Assembly (NCBI GenBank): GCA_041746255.1
Contig: JBGTHM010000056.1
Coordinates: 1-29,227, forward strand
DNA from: Fibrobacteria bacterium
GTDB lineage: Bacteria; Fibrobacterota; Fibrobacteria; UBA11236
DNA length: 29,227 bases
Direction: 5' to 3'
Positions 27,104 through 29,227 of this stretch are shown here, piece after piece (the first letter of the stretch is position 1; every line of letters begins with the position of its first letter). A program made the position numbers and the translations under genes. The notes beneath the pieces were generated by a model. The model was given only the letters and a program-made list of their open reading frames with translations. It was not told the origin of the DNA and searched no databases.

Positions 27104-28427
27104 TTTCTTCCTTTGGGGGTTGATTCTGGAACTGGGGGGTAAAAGTAGGATCTCCTCCCGCGAAACCAAAATCCATCCGGTCGATGGGACTGACCACGCT
27201 GTTGTTGAGGGCCTGAACCGTGTGGGTGTAAATCATGGTGGTATCAAGGTCTCGATGCCCCAGCAAATCCTGAATGGTGCGGATATCGTACCCCATCTGC
27301 AAAAGATGGGTGGCATAACTGTGCCGCAGAGTATGCGAAGAGGCACGTTTGGATATGCCGGCTTTATCCACGGCACTGCGAATAGCCTTTTGAAAACCAG
27401 TCTCGTGCATATGAAAGCGCAGCCGCCTCCCATCCGGTAATTCCACCAGCCGCGTAGCGGGAAATACCCAATACCACCCCCATTCCAATGAGGCCTTGGG
27501 TAATTTATCCTGGAGTCGTCCGGGGAGAAAGGCACCTCCATACCCCATGGTCCTGTCCTCCTCAAACCGGGCTCGCACACGTAAAAGATGCTCCCGCAAT
27601 TCTTCAATCATTCGCTCAGGCATCGGGATATTCCGACTCTTTCCACCTTTGCCGGAATGCACAACCACTCGATGATATCCGAAGTCCAAATCTTGAACTC
27701 GGAGAGCCACTCCCTCGCTAAGCCGTAAGCCGCAACCATAGAGGATTTTTGCCAGCAATCGATGTGGATTTTCCAAATTCACCAGCAGCCGGGAAACCTC
27801 ATCACGGCTTAAAACCGTGGGAACCATTTTCGCAGTTTTTGCCCGAGGAGTATCGGATAAATCGGAATATTCTCTTTGCAGCACGTGAGTGAAGAGAAAA
27901 AGCAAGGCGTTGAATGCCTGGCTCTGTGTGGAAGCAGATACGTGACGTTCAAGGGCCAGGAAAGTCAAGAAAAGTTTAGCCTCACGGGCAGTGATTACCG
28001 AAAGGGGTTTCTCTCCGCAGAATTCGGCGAACGCCACCATCCAATGTCGGTACGCGCGCAGGGTTTTTCTGCTATACTGCCGTAGCTGAATCTCTTCCTC
28101 CAACTTTTGACGGGCCTGGGACCAGGAAGAAACTTCTCCGTCCAATACAGCGGGAGTACTTCGAAGCTGGCCGCCGGCATCGAAATGGCGCTGGTAAAGT
28201 CTGATCACCTTCTCTGCCTGAGCAACCTGGAATTGAGCCTTACCGGATTGTGCAAATTGGAGCAAAAATGCCCGGGCTGATTCGACTGAAAGGGGGCTGA
28301 CTTGATTGGCAAGACAGGCTTTCAGATAGCGATTCAACCACGCCAGGTGGAAAGGTAGTGTGTTAGGTTTAATGCCGTTTGCAAGCAAGACGGCTTCCAT
28401 GTTTGCTAAGTGTGGGGAGTCAGGCAT
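27054..28427 (-). CDS. intI: Integron integrase (long form, ~457 aa)
   Basis: Tyrosine recombinase residues YGCGLR, GKGGK, HTLRHSYATHLL and LLGH..TTMIYTH. Also the integron-specific insertion (LPGRLQDKLPKASLEWGWYWVFP...RFHMHE), VSASTQSQAFNALLFL and C-terminal SPID. AAGGA RBS before ATG 28427. Confidence 0.95.
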   Translation of the reverse strand: MPDSPHLANMEAVLLANGIKPNTLPFHLAWLNRYLKACLANQVSPLSVESARAFLLQFAQSGKAQFQVAQAEKVIRLYQRHFDAGGQLRSTPAVLDGEVSSWSQARQKLEEEIQLRQYSRKTLRAYRHWMVAFAEFCGEKPLSVITAREAKLFLTFLALERHVSASTQSQAFNALLFLFTHVLQREYSDLSDTPRAKTAKMVPTVLSRDEVSRLLVNLENPHRLLAKILYGCGLRLSEGVALRVQDLDFGYHRVVVHSGKGGKSRNIPMPERMIEELREHLLRVRARFEEDRTMGYGGAFLPGRLQDKLPKASLEWGWYWVFPATRLVELPDGRRLRFHMHETGFQKAIRSAVDKAGISKRASSHTLRHSYATHLLQMGYDIRTIQDLLGHRDLDTTMIYTHTVQALNNSVVSPIDRMDFGFAGGDPTFTPQFQNQPPKEEIAAFHPHRRGNKRSYG

Positions 28428-28910
28428 TATGCACATCCTTTTGGAAATCGTCGTCCAACCACACGGTTTTAATCGAAATGACCGGGTGCGGGTGGATAAA
28501 TGGAATTTGGGGTGAAATTAACCGGATTTCATCCGAACTGACGTGTCTAGCGTCACAATAGCAGACGCCCTACAATAAGGAAAAGAGAGCACGCCATCCA
28601 ATCGTAAACCCTTGATATTTAAAAGGATACGTCGGCCGAAACCCGATGCCACATAAACGTAAAGTGGATGGACGGAAAATAATGGGATTAAAAAATGACT
28701 AAAGGGTGCTATTATGAAAAAGTATGTCCTGTAACATCCCAATCAGCCTTGTGGAATTAGGTAAAGGAAGCCAAAAAAATATCACCGAGAAGGATATCGC
28801 GGGGATTATCCGTTTTCCCGATATTATGGGAAATTGGCCTAAACCCCATCGAATGCGACTTTTTTGCGTGCTATCGGGATTAGAAATTCGAAATTACCAG
28901 ATTATCAAGT

Positions 28911-28933
28911 TTCTATACAATAACTTGTTATGC
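28911..28933 (+). other. Candidate attI site (TTCTATACAATAACTT-GTTATGC)
   Basis: GTT core at 28927 at the end of an AT-rich stretch ~500 bp upstream of intI, oriented away from it as in integrons. Confidence 0.5.
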
Positions 28934-29095
28934 GGACTCGTGGTACTTCCACCCGTGCCAAAAGAAACTGAGGTTCGGGATGGACGCGAAGTTCAGTTGC
29001 AAAGACATACCGTCGCGTCGTTCCGGTTAGGCCACAAGTTCAATTCGCGCAGGGATCCGTGAAATTGAGGCCTAGATTCAATGACAGATAACGTA

Positions 29096-29227
29096 GGTTT
29101 TGTTTCGCAAAAATGAGGAGGCTCCTCAGTCTGATTAGATTTGAAGTTACCAGACTTTAACCCTAGTTCAGAAAGAGGAGCACATGGAAAATATAATCCA
29201 AATCAACCAGGACCAAATCCGGAATCA
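29096..29227 (+). mobile_element. Probable left end of an IS256-family insertion sequence (truncated by the window)
   Basis: GG-starting candidate terminal IR GGTTTTGTTTCGCAAAAATG, followed by a strongly RBS-led ORF whose first residues resemble IS256 transposase N-termini. Only 14 aa are visible. Confidence 0.45.
29184..29227 (+). CDS. 5' end of a CDS (MENIIQINQDQIRN...), probably an IS256-family transposase
   Basis: AGAGGAG RBS 3 nt upstream of the ATG. Open to the window end. Confidence 0.5.
   Translation, partial: MENIIQINQDQIRN

Noticed and set aside
28428..28910. LexA box upstream of intI
   Set aside because: No CTG-N10-CAG or TGCNC-N4-GTGCA match was found by eye.
28518..29062. ORFs 28518-28742(-) and 28724-29062(+)
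   Set aside because: They lie in the integron promoter/attI region, one crosses the candidate crossover, and neither has a motif or RBS.
1..29227. CRISPR array, rRNA or phage structural genes
   Set aside because: No regularly spaced direct repeats, cas genes, rRNA-like sequence or phage hallmarks were seen.

Overview
Bacterial chromosomal window. It is most likely from an FCB-group organism such as Fibrobacterota, inferred from T9SS-type C-terminal sorting tails and a Fibrobacter-type LexA box. The left ~13 kb is mostly housekeeping: partial tRNA-Ala(GGC), mqnE, a PC4-like hypothetical, ybeY, a CBS/CorC protein, fxsA, an AI-2E transporter, tRNA-Arg(CCT), PurS-fused purL, purQ, gmk and an orphan larE. 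It also holds two unexplained non-coding features. One is an ~820-bp gene-free region with twin 19-bp palindromes, a candidate sigma54 promoter and tandem hairpins. The other is a 169-bp nested palindromic element between purQ and gmk. The middle holds an ALDH / glutamine-synthetase-like / Fe-ADH operon (gamma-glutamylation catabolism, ethanolamine-like), a class II Fic gene, three secreted putative glycan-active proteins and a DUF72 gene with an SOS-box-like operator over its -10 element. The right end holds a convergently split TakP-type TRAP transporter and a long-form integron integrase whose 3' end overlaps dctQ. These are followed by a candidate attI, a short ORF-less cassette-like segment and the start of a probable IS256-family element at the window edge.
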